A stretch of 64,000 bases of DNA, from positions 43,098,395 to 43,162,394 of the forward strand of contig NC_057718.1 of the NCBI RefSeq assembly GCF_004010195.1, given 5' to 3'. The notes beneath the pieces are model-generated. The model was not told the DNA's origin. It made no database searches and worked only from the letters and a program-made list of their open reading frames with translations. The stretch comes from Chiloscyllium plagiosum (lineage: Eukaryota). Shown here piece after piece: positions 1 to 11,400 of this stretch. How positions within the stretch are numbered: position 1 is the first letter of the stretch; each line of letters opens with the position of its first letter. The position numbers and the translations under genes were made by a program.

Positions 1-817
1 TGGCAGATTAAGTTTAATTCAGATAAATGCGAGGTGCTGCATTTTGGGAAAGCAAATCTTAGCAGGACTTATACACTTAATGGTAAGGTCCTAGGGAGTG
101 TTGCTGAACAAAGAGACCTTGGAATGCAGGTTCATAGCTCCTTGAAAGTGGAGTCGCGGGTAGATAGGATAGTGAAGAATGTGTTTGGTATGCTTTCTTT
201 TATGGGTCAGAGTATAGAGTACAGGAGTTGGGAGGTCATGTTGCAGCTATACAGGACATTGGTTAGGCCACTGTTGGAATATTGCGTGCAATTCTGGTCT
301 CCTTCCTATCAGAAAGATGTTGTGAAACTTGAAAGGGTTCAGAAAAGAATTACAAGAATGTTGCCAGGGTTGGAGGATCTGAGCTACAGGGAGAGGCTGA
401 ACAGGCTGGGGCTATTTTCCCTGGAGCATCGGAGGCTGAGGGGTGACCTTATAGAGATTTACAAAATTATGAGGGGCATGGATAGGATAAATAGACAAAG
501 TCTTTTCCCTGGGGTCGGGGAGTCCAGAACTAGAGGGCACAAATTTAGGGTGAGAGGGGAAAGATATAAAAGAGACCTAAGGGGCAACTTTTTCACACAG
601 AGGGTGGTACATGTATGGAATGAGCTGCCAGAGGATGTGGTGGAGGCTGGCACAATTGCAACATTTAAGAGGCATTTGGATGGGTATATGAATAGGAAGG
701 GTTTGGAGAGATATGGGCTGGGTGCTGGCAGGTGGGACTAGATTGGGTTTGGATATCTGGTCGGCATGGACGGGTTGGACCGAAGGGTCTGTTTCTATGC
801 TGTACATCTCTATGACT
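1..817 (+). mobile_element. CR1-clade LINE (HER1-like) 3' end: C-terminal ORF2 (post-RT region) plus 3' UTR and tail
   Basis: Frame is open from base 1 to 741 (WQIKFNSDKCEVLHFG...LYRTLVRPLLEYCVQFWSP...LERVQKR...RRLRGDLIE...RTRGH...FFTQRVV..WNELP), typical of CR1 ORF2 C-termini. It ends in the gctgtacatctctatgact tail and continues 5' out of the window. Confidence 0.95.
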
Positions 818-1447
818 AAGTAACATGGGCGGAGACACTTTGATTTAGTCCATTAAAACTTTTCCCCCACAATTTGCGGAAACATTTGCACTTTTTAAAA
901 TTTTCATTTGTGCTAATTTAAGTTGCATTTGACAATCAGGGCACAAATTGTGATCAAGATTGCACCAATTTTCTGAATTGAAGCTTTTCCTCCAGTTTCC
1001 ATTTAAACTTACTGGTGAATCGGAACATAGAGCAATTGGGCCATGTTAAGTACATAATTTTCTTTGCTTTAATTTTTTTTTGCATATAGTTTGTGTGGAC
1101 AGCTGAAAATGGGTTTATCACCAAAAAAAGGACATAACACTTGGTGCCTATGTTTTGTGGGCCATACTGAACAGCATTCTGTGTAGTTTAATAGTGTGGG
1201 TACTGAGAGTCCCTCAAGTAAACAAAATAGGCATATTGTGACATCAGTTAGCTGACTTAACTCTATCAGTGCCATTTTCAACCCAAACATCCGACCTAAT
1301 ATTCTCTTTTAACCATGCGTGGCCGTGCATGTGTTCAGTAGCAGGAATGATTCCCCACCAGTGCTGTTTAAAGGAGCCATCAGTTTAGTTGCTGATTAAT
1401 TTCTACTGGCTAATGCTCAGTGAGCACAGATGGATTAACCTTTATAG

Positions 1448-1568
1448 AAGAAAGTGAGGAATGCAGATGCTGGAGATCAATGAAAAGTGTGGTGCTGGAA
1501 AAGCACAGCAGGGCAGGCAACATCCGAGGAGCAGGAGAATCAATGTTTCAGGCATAAGCCCTTCATCA
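1448..1568 (-). mobile_element. Short hammerhead-bearing PLE-derived repeat, family A (truncated)
   Basis: Matches the copies at 34542, 44670 and 52206. Minus strand reads TGATGAAGGGCTTATGCCTGAAACATTG. Confidence 0.8.
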
Positions 1569-1869
1569 TACTCTACTTAAGCTTACAGAGAGTGCTGTGG
1601 CATCAATTGGAGGCCTTGAGCCTGATTTCAACAGTTCTACTCAGGCCATTAGTCATGAGAATAGAGCATTTTCTGTTCCTTTTAGGTTACATCACAGGGA
1701 GAATGAGCAGAAGTGATTCAAAAGAGGAGAAGCTGTGGAAAGTGAGTAGGACAAAAGGGAGAAGTGCTATCAGCAGGAGGTTATATCTCTGCGCATCCTT
1801 TAGGGTGCAATTCTTAACATCAATGAGGAACAGCATGTTCAATGTCTCTGTTTCAATAAGAAGGCACCC

Positions 1870-2159
1870 ACTGAAGTCTACCGCCTGTTACAAGTAAACC
1901 CTCAGCTTCAGAGCAGGTTGAATGTAGCATTGCTAGTGGCTGTGTAGATGACTGTGACCATAATATTTTTCACTTTGGACTCCTTGCATGCTGCAGCAAA
2001 TGACCTCTCCAACATCCCTCTGTGCATTATGCATTGTTGTACAAGAGAGGCCACTGATGCTGAGCAGGTGGAGGGGTCAGTAGGTAGCATTCTTTCTATC
2101 TAAAAAGAACATGATGGAGAGAGCTTGTCACTTTGCTGGGAAGACAGGTTTCCCCACAG
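1870..2159 (+). pseudogene. Decayed PIF/Harbinger (HARBI1-type) transposase fragment
   Basis: Hand translation gives TEVYRLLQVNPQLQSRLNVALLVAV*MTVTIIFFTLDSLHAAANDLSNIPLCIMHCCTREATDA../..MMERACHFAGKTGFP. This follows the HARBI1 HTH region up to the GFP motif that precedes GAIDCTH, with a stop and a frameshift. Confidence 0.75.
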
Positions 2160-2773
2160 CATCACTGCCTCTCCCTCTCAGAGGCACCTCAGTAATCCTA
2201 ACAATATGTTGGAGGATAAATTCTTGGGCTTCTCCGAGATCCTGACAGTGCCTGTGAACACTGCTACCCAGTCATGATGACAGCTACCTGAGCTTGCATG
2301 ACACCAAGCTGCGCTTGCACAATCATGGTTTGAGCTTCCACTGTGGCACGCATACATTGGACGGGTTCGATTTGTGCTGCAGTGAAAGTTGAGACATCAG
2401 CCATCAGTCGCTCCAGCATTGTTTGGTCCACAAGTGTGCTCATGGAGTTGGTCACCACTTACACACTAAAAAGGATGGATTACAAACTCTGCAAAAACCC
2501 TGTGCCTGGACTCCTCCATTCTCCTTGACATTGACCACTGACTTTCTGCCGATCCATCAAGCTTTACATTGTGCATGCCTTTTTTTCTGCAGCTACACGA
2601 CCAAATACTTCATCCGAACACTCTCGAGCCGAAGTCCTATGTGACCTTGCCTCTGGCAAGCTGACACTCAGGCTAATCTTTTACCCTTGCATTAACTGAA
2701 GGCCACACGTACCTGATCTCTCCACATTTGGATCTCACCTCTAGTCCTTAAGGTACATGCAGCATCGATAGCT

Positions 2774-3430
2774 GAGCAATGTGTGCAATTCTGGTCTCCC
2801 TCGTATTGGAAGGATGATATGAAACTTGAAAAGGTTCAGAAAAAATTTACAAGGTTGTTGCCAGGATTGGAGGATTTGAGCTATAGGGAGAAGCTGAATA
2901 GGCTAGGGCTGTTTTCTCTGGAGTATTGGAGGCTGAGTGGTGACCTTATAAAGGTTTAAAAAATCATGATGGGCATGGATAGGGTAAATAAACAAGTTCT
3001 TTTCCCTGGGGTGGAGGAATCCAGAACTGGACGACATAGGTTTAAGGTGAGAGGGGAAAGATTTGAAAGGGACATAAGGTGCAACGTTTTCACACAGAGG
3101 GTGGTGCGTGTATGGAATGAGCTGCCAAAGGAAGTGGTGGAGGCTGGTACAATTACAACATTTAAAAGGCATCTGGATGGGTATATGAATAGGAAGGGTT
3201 TACAGGGGTATGGGCCTCATTGGTGCTGAAGAGCTTATGCCAAAAACATCGATTCTCCTGCTCCTTGGATGCTGCCTGATCAGCTGTGCTTTTCTAGCAC
3301 CACATTCTCGACTTCAGAGGGGCATGGGCCAAGTGCTGGCAAATGGGACTAGATTAGGTTAAGCTATCTGGTCAGTATGGATGAGTTGGACCGACTGGTC
3401 TGTTTCCGTGCTGTACATCTCTGTGACTCT
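2774..3430 (+). mobile_element. 5'-truncated CR1 (HER1-like) LINE inserted in the Harbinger fossil
   Basis: Homologous to 278-817, with in-frame stops and the same 3' UTR and tail. Interrupted at 3217-3315. Confidence 0.93.
3217..3315 (+). mobile_element. Family A hammerhead-type repeat fragment nested in CR1
   Basis: GCTGAAGAGCTTATGCCAAAAACATCGATTCTCCTGCTCC..., flanked by the duplication acaggggtatgggcc (3202-3216) / agaggggcatgggcc (3316-3330). Confidence 0.8.
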
Positions 3431-5800
3431 AAGTGATGTTCCTTCATTAGTCTCTTTCTGGTGTTGCACTTACTGCTCCTGAATCACTTTCTGGCCAGGC
3501 AGAGGTTCTTAGATAACTGAAAGATGAAAGGGAAAAGGGCAGGATTGTGGTGAGAGAAAAGCATGAGAATAATGCCTTAGACTGTTTGCAGCTTATAACT
3601 ACAAAAATGTCAGCAGTGACTATAAGTGGAATGTGCGAAGATTTGGATAGGTACTTACATCTTCCATACTTTCAGTCCCACTTTAGCCAAAGCTTCAGTC
3701 TAATCTGCTCCAATGATGGCCAGCACTGTCTCCATCAAGGGGGTGAGGACGTGCAACCCTGCCTGTCCCTCACTACTGAGGTGTAGCAGGCTATAATTGT
3801 GTGCCATCTGGTTGTGCAAAAGAAAGGAAAGTATGCCAGTCAGTTTGGTGAAATGTGTTTAGTTTATATGTCCCTGATTGTTGTATAGCTGGCAGTGTGT
3901 GCAGGCTGTGAGTATCACTCTAAGAGCAGTGCTAATCGTATGAGGATGGGGTGAAGCAATCTCTTAGCCGTGGGACAAGCAGCAGTGGTGAATAGAGAAA
4001 TACGAGTAGATAGTGATTCATTGATAAGGATATGATATATTCAAAGGTACATTCATTGACTTTGACCATTTTTGTGAGATCATCAAACTTTTTTGCTACA
4101 CTTCATCCAGCTGTCTGCTCCCAAGGCCGTCAAAGTTTTTCTCTGTGATTATAACATCTCTCTCTCTCTCTCGGAGAACCTTGGAGTATGCCTGGACATA
4201 CTCTCCCAGTAATAACTCACCTTCACCTTAAGGAGGGCAATCTGGTTTTAAGTAGTCCTAGCCTTGAGCAACATTGCTCCCTCCACTTAGATGTGCATCC
4301 ACTTAGCAGCACAGTTAGTGCAGTGTACACACTAGTGCCAAGCAAATGAACAGATTGCAGAGTTTGCATGTTCTGTACAGCGGAAATGACCGAGCTGAAT
4401 TAATTGTATCTCAATTTCCACGTCCACATATCAAACCTGGGTCTTTCCACCAATTATGAGGTTGTTGGAGTTGCCAGGGGGTGCGGAATATGTCAAGGAT
4501 AGAGTGGAGGACCCAATACCCTGAATGCAGAATGGAGATGGCTACAGGTGCTGAGGCAAGCTGTTTAAAAGGCCAATCTCAGATCCCTGGGACTTTGTCA
4601 CAGTTAATTTATCGAATATTACGCTCTTTAACTTTACCCCTCACATTCCCACCCAGTCCACGTATCCCACTGACATCAGCACATTCAAATCCAATCACTT
4701 CTTATATCATCATGCTTCACATCCTTCATGCTAACGCCTCTTCTAACCCACTCATATGGCTTCTAGCTTTCATGCCAACTTATGCCAACCCATCCTTTAT
4801 ACAAACATAATCCATGTCAATTCACTCAACATTAAAAAGACCCTAGGAACCATTTTGGGATTAAACAAAATAACGTTCTAACTATATTATAGTGTTACTA
4901 CATAAAAAAAAATCATCAAAGCCAATTCAAAGCATTTGAGTTCCCTCAATTATTTAATCCCTTTTAAAATCGTAAGTACTTGAATTCATGACCCTACATT
5001 AAAGATTTTTCATCCTTAAATTTAGGATTCCATGCTGAGGTAATAAGGTTTATGGAAAGCAGCTAAACAATAATGATAACGTAGTGATAACCCTTGGGAA
5101 AATCTCAACAAATAGTTAGCATATTTACTTGTAGAATCATTTTAAACTTTTCTGATTCAGACAAGCATTTTTTCATTTTTCAAGAGTTGTGAATTTAACT
5201 ATCTTCATAAGTTTGACTATTTAAAACACTGACTGTTGCATGCAGATTGTTTATATAACATTAGAGCTGGGAATTTCAATAACAAGGCTTGACAGTTCCA
5301 CAGACATAATCTGCTCTTCAAGAGCACATATGAATCCTCCCACAGTATTGGGTTCCAATGTCATGGTGATCCTCGTTTCCTAACTCTCTGATACATTCCT
5401 GGGCCTCTTCTCCCTACCAGTGAAAATGAGTTCTGTCGGAAATGAGGACAGGATTTCCACATTTGGGTCCTGCATACCATCTTTGGCAGGAAAAGTGCTG
5501 TCTTTTTGTCAATGTCTGTGAGAAATCTAATTTTAAAACAAAATGAGTTATTACCATTTACTCAAACCATTGGTGCAGTCAAATCTGATTCTTAATATTT
5601 AATACCTTTTAAAATATACATATATTTGCATCTTTGAACATAAAATTATTTATTTTTTTCTTTTATGTAATACTTGGAAATGTTTTTACTTGCTTCTCTT
5701 TCCTGTGGATTATTTCTTTGTATTTCTGTTTTCCAGTCTTTTTCATTTATTTGAGTTCTCTGAACGCTTATTCCTCTGTCACCTCCTCCGTGTCTTTCAG

Positions 5801-5893
5801 TTGGAGGACGGAGATGTTCCAAGATTCTCATATGTGTAAATGAATCTCTCGGAAACTGGAAAAAGCGACAAAGCATTGGCAACAGTGAATTGG
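5801..5893 (+). other. Candidate 93-nt exon of an unidentified host gene
   Basis: A long pyrimidine tract ends in tttcag at 5800 and a GG|gtaaag donor follows at 5894. One frame is open throughout (GGRRCSKILICVNESLGNWKKRQSIGNSEL); alternatively an ATG at 5840 gives MNLSETGKSDKALATVNW. Neither peptide was recognised. Confidence 0.25.
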
Positions 5894-6439
5894 GTAAAGT
5901 GTTTGTGACTGGACTATTATCAAAGATAGTAGCACCAAAGGGGGATCTCAAAAAGAGGGGTTATGAGTATCAAACAGTAGAACTGATAAAAGAGGCTGGA
6001 TTTGTAGGAGCGAATAGGTTAATAAGTTAGGTTAAGAATTAAATAGGAAGGGATATCTTTTACATTACTTAGGTTATACCCTTTCCTTTTTCACTGCATT
6101 TGTATCAAAACTTATGATTATGCTGTGTAGAGCAATTTTGGTTCCCACAGCAGTTTCTCAGACCTAGAAATGTGAAGCACAAAAATATCAAAATGAATAT
6201 TTTCTTATATTTTGAGACCAGCATTCAGCAAGCTTAATCATTGCAGTCTTAACAATAAAACAAGAATTTTATTCTTAGATACTTCAAAACAAAACTGAGA
6301 AATATTTGGAAGGGAATTAATTCATTGGCACAGCAACAACATTCAAACAATAAGGAAAGTGTGTGTCTCCTGAGTTTAAAGATCTGTGTCTGGTTTTAAA
6401 TCCATCACCTGCTACTGACAAAAAATTGGAAATAAGAGC

Positions 6440-6553
6440 TTGTGTTTGCACAATACCATGATGTCTATACTTCAAAAGTACATCATTGGTCATGAAGTGC
6501 TTTGGGATATCCTGAGGTCATGAATGATGCTATATAAGCACAACTTCTTTCTT
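6440..6553 (+). mobile_element. 3' tail of a Deu-domain SINE
   Basis: cttcaaaagtacatcattggtcatgaagtgctttgggatatcctgaggtcatgaatgatgctatataagcacaac matches the tails at ~20870-20960 and ~36590-36672. Confidence 0.7.
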
Positions 6554-7191
6554 TTAATGTGTTTCTCCCTTGGGTAGGAACATTTGATTGTTTTGATTTT
6601 TCTCCTTTTCCTTTCTGGTCTCATGGGCTATACAACTTCCAAAGCTGAGATGGCATGTACATCACCTGCTCTTTAGTTGATGAGATTTTCCCTGAATCTC
6701 TAGATTCTCTCTTACTTTTCCTGAGTTCTCAATTCTTCCTTATAGTGGTGTGAACTGATTTATTTTCTGTGCATTCTTGGTAAGAACACAGCATCTCTTG
6801 TGGCTTGAATGAGTTAATTCACCAAACTTAATCCATAACTGAAGTTATATCCTTGCATATTTCTTTCTGGAATGGGCTGTTTGGCTTTTTGGCTATTTAG
6901 CTTTGTGATTTACTTGGGATTTGTTTTCTCATCACCTAGTTGGGTACTGGAGAAAGTGATCATCTTCCCTTTGTGGAACATTCCTAATCTTCATTTTGTC
7001 ATAAATTCAAAATATATGAACCCTTTGCACTGAGTTTTTAAGACTAGTCTAAAAGTAATTTATTTGCACAGAAATGAAAATCTAAAACTCCAAGTAGCAC
7101 AGGATAGTGAGCAGCTATATGTGAACTATTCATTTGTCGACGTAGGGCAATGTTGAATGGCAGGGCATGACCATTACTTGATTCGTAATGT

Positions 7192-7372
7192 TAAAAATCA
7201 TACAACAGGTTATCGTTCAATAGGTTTATTTGGAAGTACAAAATTTCGGAGCGACCCGATAAAGGAACGGCACTCTGAAAGCTTTTATTTCCAAATAAAC
7301 CTGTTGGACTTTAACCTGGTGTTGTGTGATATTTAACTATCCACCCCAGTCCAACACCAGCTCCTCCACATT
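7192..7372. mobile_element. Family B hammerhead-type fold-back element (degenerate)
   Basis: Inverted arms ttaaaaatca...ttggaag / ttccaaataaacctg...gatatttaa, with TSD ttgattcgtaatgt (7178-7191) / ttgattcataatgt (7373-7386). Confidence 0.8.
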
Positions 7373-7454
7373 TTGATTCATAATGTAAGTTATCCAAATA
7401 CTTCAAGATTGAGTAACTCCAGTAAGGGAATTCTCATTTGCATCAATGTCAATT

Positions 7455-7568
7455 AAGAAGGGTTACACCTGAAACGTTGACTTCTCCACCTCCAGATGCT
7501 GCCTGGCTTGCTGTGTTCTTCTAGCTTCCTGCCTGTCTACTTTGGATTCCAGCATCTGCAGTTTTTGT
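7455..7568 (+). mobile_element. Family D hammerhead-type repeat, 5'-truncated inside the core
   Basis: AAGAAGGGT-TAC-ACCT-GAAACGTTG is followed by the gatgctgcctgg...tccagcatctgcagt 3' segment shared with families A and C. Confidence 0.7.
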
Positions 7569-7908
7569 GTTTGTCTCTATCCAAACTGGGAAATCAGCAG
7601 GCAAAATTGAGCGCACATTTGTCACTCAGTTGCTCTGGGCATTAGTATTTTGTCTCCCTGTGCTACTTTGCCATGCCACAAATGTACATGTTTGCCTATT
7701 TCACCACTGTTCAACCATAATTGAGATTGATGCAAATGAGAACTCCCTCACTGGAGTTTCTCAATCTTGAAGTATTTGGATAACTTACATTACGAATCAA
7801 TTTATGGAGGAGCCGGTGTTGGACTGGGATGGACAAACTTAAAAGTCACACAACACCAGGTTACAGTCCAACAGGTTTATTTGGAGATGCCGGTGTTGGA
7901 CTGGGGTG

Positions 7909-8408
7909 NNNNNNNNNNNNNNNNNNNNNNNNNNNNNNNNNNNNNNNNNNNNNNNNNNNNNNNNNNNNNNNNNNNNNNNNNNNNNNNNNNNNNNNNNNNN
8001 NNNNNNNNNNNNNNNNNNNNNNNNNNNNNNNNNNNNNNNNNNNNNNNNNNNNNNNNNNNNNNNNNNNNNNNNNNNNNNNNNNNNNNNNNNNNNNNNNNNN
8101 NNNNNNNNNNNNNNNNNNNNNNNNNNNNNNNNNNNNNNNNNNNNNNNNNNNNNNNNNNNNNNNNNNNNNNNNNNNNNNNNNNNNNNNNNNNNNNNNNNNN
8201 NNNNNNNNNNNNNNNNNNNNNNNNNNNNNNNNNNNNNNNNNNNNNNNNNNNNNNNNNNNNNNNNNNNNNNNNNNNNNNNNNNNNNNNNNNNNNNNNNNNN
8301 NNNNNNNNNNNNNNNNNNNNNNNNNNNNNNNNNNNNNNNNNNNNNNNNNNNNNNNNNNNNNNNNNNNNNNNNNNNNNNNNNNNNNNNNNNNNNNNNNNNN
8401 NNNNNNNN
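7909..8408. other. Assembly gap (500 N)
   Basis: Run of exactly 500 N. Confidence 1.
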
Positions 8409-8429
8409 AACAGGTTTAATTGGAAGCAG

Positions 8430-8458
8430 TAGCTTTCAGAGCACTGCTCCTTCATCAG
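8430..8458 (-). ncRNA. Minimal type I hammerhead ribozyme motif (family B), probably degenerate
   Basis: Minus strand reads CAC-CUGAUGA-A-GGAGC-AGU-GCUCU-GAAA-GCUA-CUG. The core is intact, but the first stem I pair is mismatched (sister copies read GUG). Confidence 0.65.
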
Positions 8459-11400
8459 GTGGTTGTGGAGTCCACAAACTTATGAAGGAGCAGCGCTCTG
8501 AAAGCTCGTGCTTCCAATTAAACCTGTTGGACTATAACCTGGTGTTGTGTGATTTTTAGGTATATTTGGAAGTAAAAGCTTTCGGAATGCTGCTCCTTTG
8601 TCAGGTAGCTCCGAAAGCTTGTACTTCCAAATAAATCTATTGAACGATAACCTGTTGTGTGATTTTTAACACTATGAATCAAGTAATGGTCATGCCCTGC
8701 CATTCAACATTGTCCCATGTCTATGAATGAATAGTTCACACATAGCAGCTCACTATCCTGTGCTACTTGGGGTTTTAGATTTTCATTTATGTGCAAATAA
8801 ATTACATTTGGATTCAACTTAAAAACTTGGTGCAAAGGTTTTGTTTATTTTGAGTTTATGACAAAATGAAGACTAGGCACACTCCACGTTCCACCTGAAA
8901 TGTTGATTTCCCAATTTTAGCAGCATAGGCAGTATAGTCATTGTATAGATAATGTATAGGGATAGAGAGAAAAGTGGAGGAGACTTCAACAGTGCTATCT
9001 TCTCCTGTGACCTCTACTGCTGCAAAGGACAATAGCAGTAATGTTGTGAAAACACTGCCACCTTCAAATTCTTTTCTAAATCACACATTTCCTGATTTAT
9101 ATGTATCTCATTGTTCGTTGTCTTTATGGTAATGACTTGGAATTCCCTGTATCGTATCCTACTAGTAGAACGATTGCCAGAAAGTCTGCAATTGCTCAAG
9201 GAGAATGTTCATTGTCATCTGTTCAAGGCAGCTAAAGATGGACAATAAACATAATGTTGCCTTTTCACTTAGAACGAAGAAAAAGTCAAATCTGTTGATT
9301 CCCCCAGTGCTTTCCGGTGACCAGTTAGGAAGACCAGAGGCTCAACAAGAAACAGGCCAATCATCCTCCCAGCAGCAGGTTTGCTGAGGCCAGGGAGATG
9401 GAAGATACGGTTTAATTTACCAGAAGAAAAATGCATTAAAAATTAAAAGAAATGTAACTGTACTATCAAATTCAAACATTCATCAGTATAAGAAAAACGT
9501 AGGCTAACTGTACAAGTTCAATGTCTCAGAACCTTGAAAGCCGACAATGATCATTTAGATGTTTTTATTTTAATTATATTCAAAAGAATGTATTAATCAT
9601 TTCATCCTGTCATTCCAGTTTCCATTTTCTCTGTATGTTACACTGTGCTAAATGGTGATGGATTTCATTTTTTTTCTGTGGTACTGTAATTAACTGAAGT
9701 CCGTACAACCTAATTTTGTGCACAAACATATATCCCGAATATTGCTTTGGCTTGTATCAAAAGTAATACATTTAGGCTTGTGCAGAACAAATTTAATTTG
9801 ATAGCAGATGGTTTGATAAATCAAGAGTCATGTACTTTTCCTTTTTTTCTGGGCTTGGATTATTGGGGTGAAAGGAAACGTCTTCAAAAGCTCTTCTTCA
9901 GCATATTAGTTGTTTAAGATCCAGAACTGAATCCAATGCAAATCAGGTTTTGTCTATCGAGATGTTAAGTTGTTTTTTATCATAAAGGTTATTTTTGTAT
10001 TAAAGTAAAGGCCATGACTGCATAGTGAGGAGAGAAATTAGAATACCACTAGTTCATATTTCGAAAAATGAAATTGAGATTCCCTAGAGGTTTATAAGCA
10101 GTTGCTTTAGGGAAGAGGAAACATTTAATGCTGCAGTGAAAGGAACCAAAATAAAGAGCTCACTGGTTCTTGTGTAGGCTGTAAGTAGCACATGAGAAGC
10201 AGCATCTAGCATCCGCGTATTCAGCATCAGCATTAGGTTTCATATCCTGTTAAAGATAGAAATATATAGCAGGTAAAATGAACATTGTGCGAATATTAGA
10301 GTATTGTTTCTAAGCTTTACATCAGAGCTGTCAAAATGTATTCACAGAATTGGCCATGCATTTAATCTTCAATAATTCTGTACAGTTTCTCAAAATATTT
10401 TTAAGTTCATAAATCTATCCTGTTGTATTCCAAAATTTTGCTTGACGTTTTGTCAGCACTGGTTATTCTGATATACTGTACGATTTATAAGACATTCTGG
10501 TCATTGAGAATTCCAGATTGGTACAAAGGAAATGGTTATAGCAATTCTTCCGTATTACCATAAATAATTTTCTTTTTGCACAAATCACTGCTGCATGTCA
10601 AGCAGTTCTTTATGAAGACAGTATGGTGTAGCCTGCCGATATGTCTGTGTCACTCCTTATTCACTTTTACCTGGGGATACACTGGAGGATTATAGAAAGT
10701 CATCGCTTCTTTTATTCCTGCATTTTCCACCCACCCATCATCAGAAATCAGCAACAAGATATTTCCAAACAGTTCCCTTGTAAACAATTAGGTTATACTC
10801 AAGATTACTTACATCAGTTTAATAAATCAAACACAAATCTTAGCTATGCAGATATCTGAGAGTTCATGACTATGTTAACTTGTATTAAGCTAAAAGAAAT
10901 TGCAAAATGATTGGGTTTCATTCTCTGAGATGTTTCAATAATTGACCTTTATAGTTTACAACCTCCGAATTTAACACAGAATGCTAACACTGGTAATGAA
11001 GATTAAATAAAGTCTTACCAAAAGCATCAAAGTGAAGATAGATTGAGTCAACAAAAACATTTGCTATAGATCAATGTTATAATATAGTAGTCTGTCTATT
11101 TTAAAGCTCTTCTGCAGAAATTTATTTCTGTCTGTTTCTGAGTAGGTAGAAGTAGAATAGGTAAGGCAGTTGGAATTATAGTAATTACTGTGGAATTTAA
11201 CAAGATGCTGAAAATAGTTTTTTTTGAATTTGTTTAATCATGGAATGTTCTAAATGTTATAATTTTTAAAAAATCCAAACAGGTTATCAAGATGACATAG
11301 AATGCTTATATTATCCAAGCACTGTAACATCTTGATGAGAAATACTATGATTGTTACCCATCCCTCTAAAGGGGTGTTATGCAGTAGACGCCTTAATCAG

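Larger units (their letters stand above)
2264..4130 (-). pseudogene. Decayed intron-containing Myb/SANT-like gene of the same Harbinger element, convergent with the transposase
   Basis: About 4058-4115 on minus reads SWMKCSKK/FDDLTKMVK (end of Myb/SANT). About 3659-3810 reads MAHN...EGQAGLHVLTPLMETVLAIIG, followed by a gtaagt donor at 3658-3653. The 2264-2458 ORF is Ala/Gln/Met-rich and coiled-coil-like. Confidence 0.65.
7886..8557. mobile_element. Family B fold-back element inserted into an older family B copy; spans the assembly gap
   Basis: Palindrome centred near 8470. TSD aggtttatttgga (7873-7885) / aggtatatttgga (8558-8570). Confidence 0.8.
6973..8887. repeat. Large inverted duplication: arms ~6973-7455 and ~7718-8887, right arm interrupted at 7886-8557
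   Basis: Hand alignment of 7081-7309 against the reverse complement of 8561-8789 gave about 24 differences in about 229 nt, mostly transitions. 7310-7455 matches the reverse complement of 7718-7880. Confidence 0.92.

Noticed and set aside
7767..8559. Long ORFs of 192-221 aa in the ORF track
   Set aside because: Artefacts of translating through the 500-N gap.
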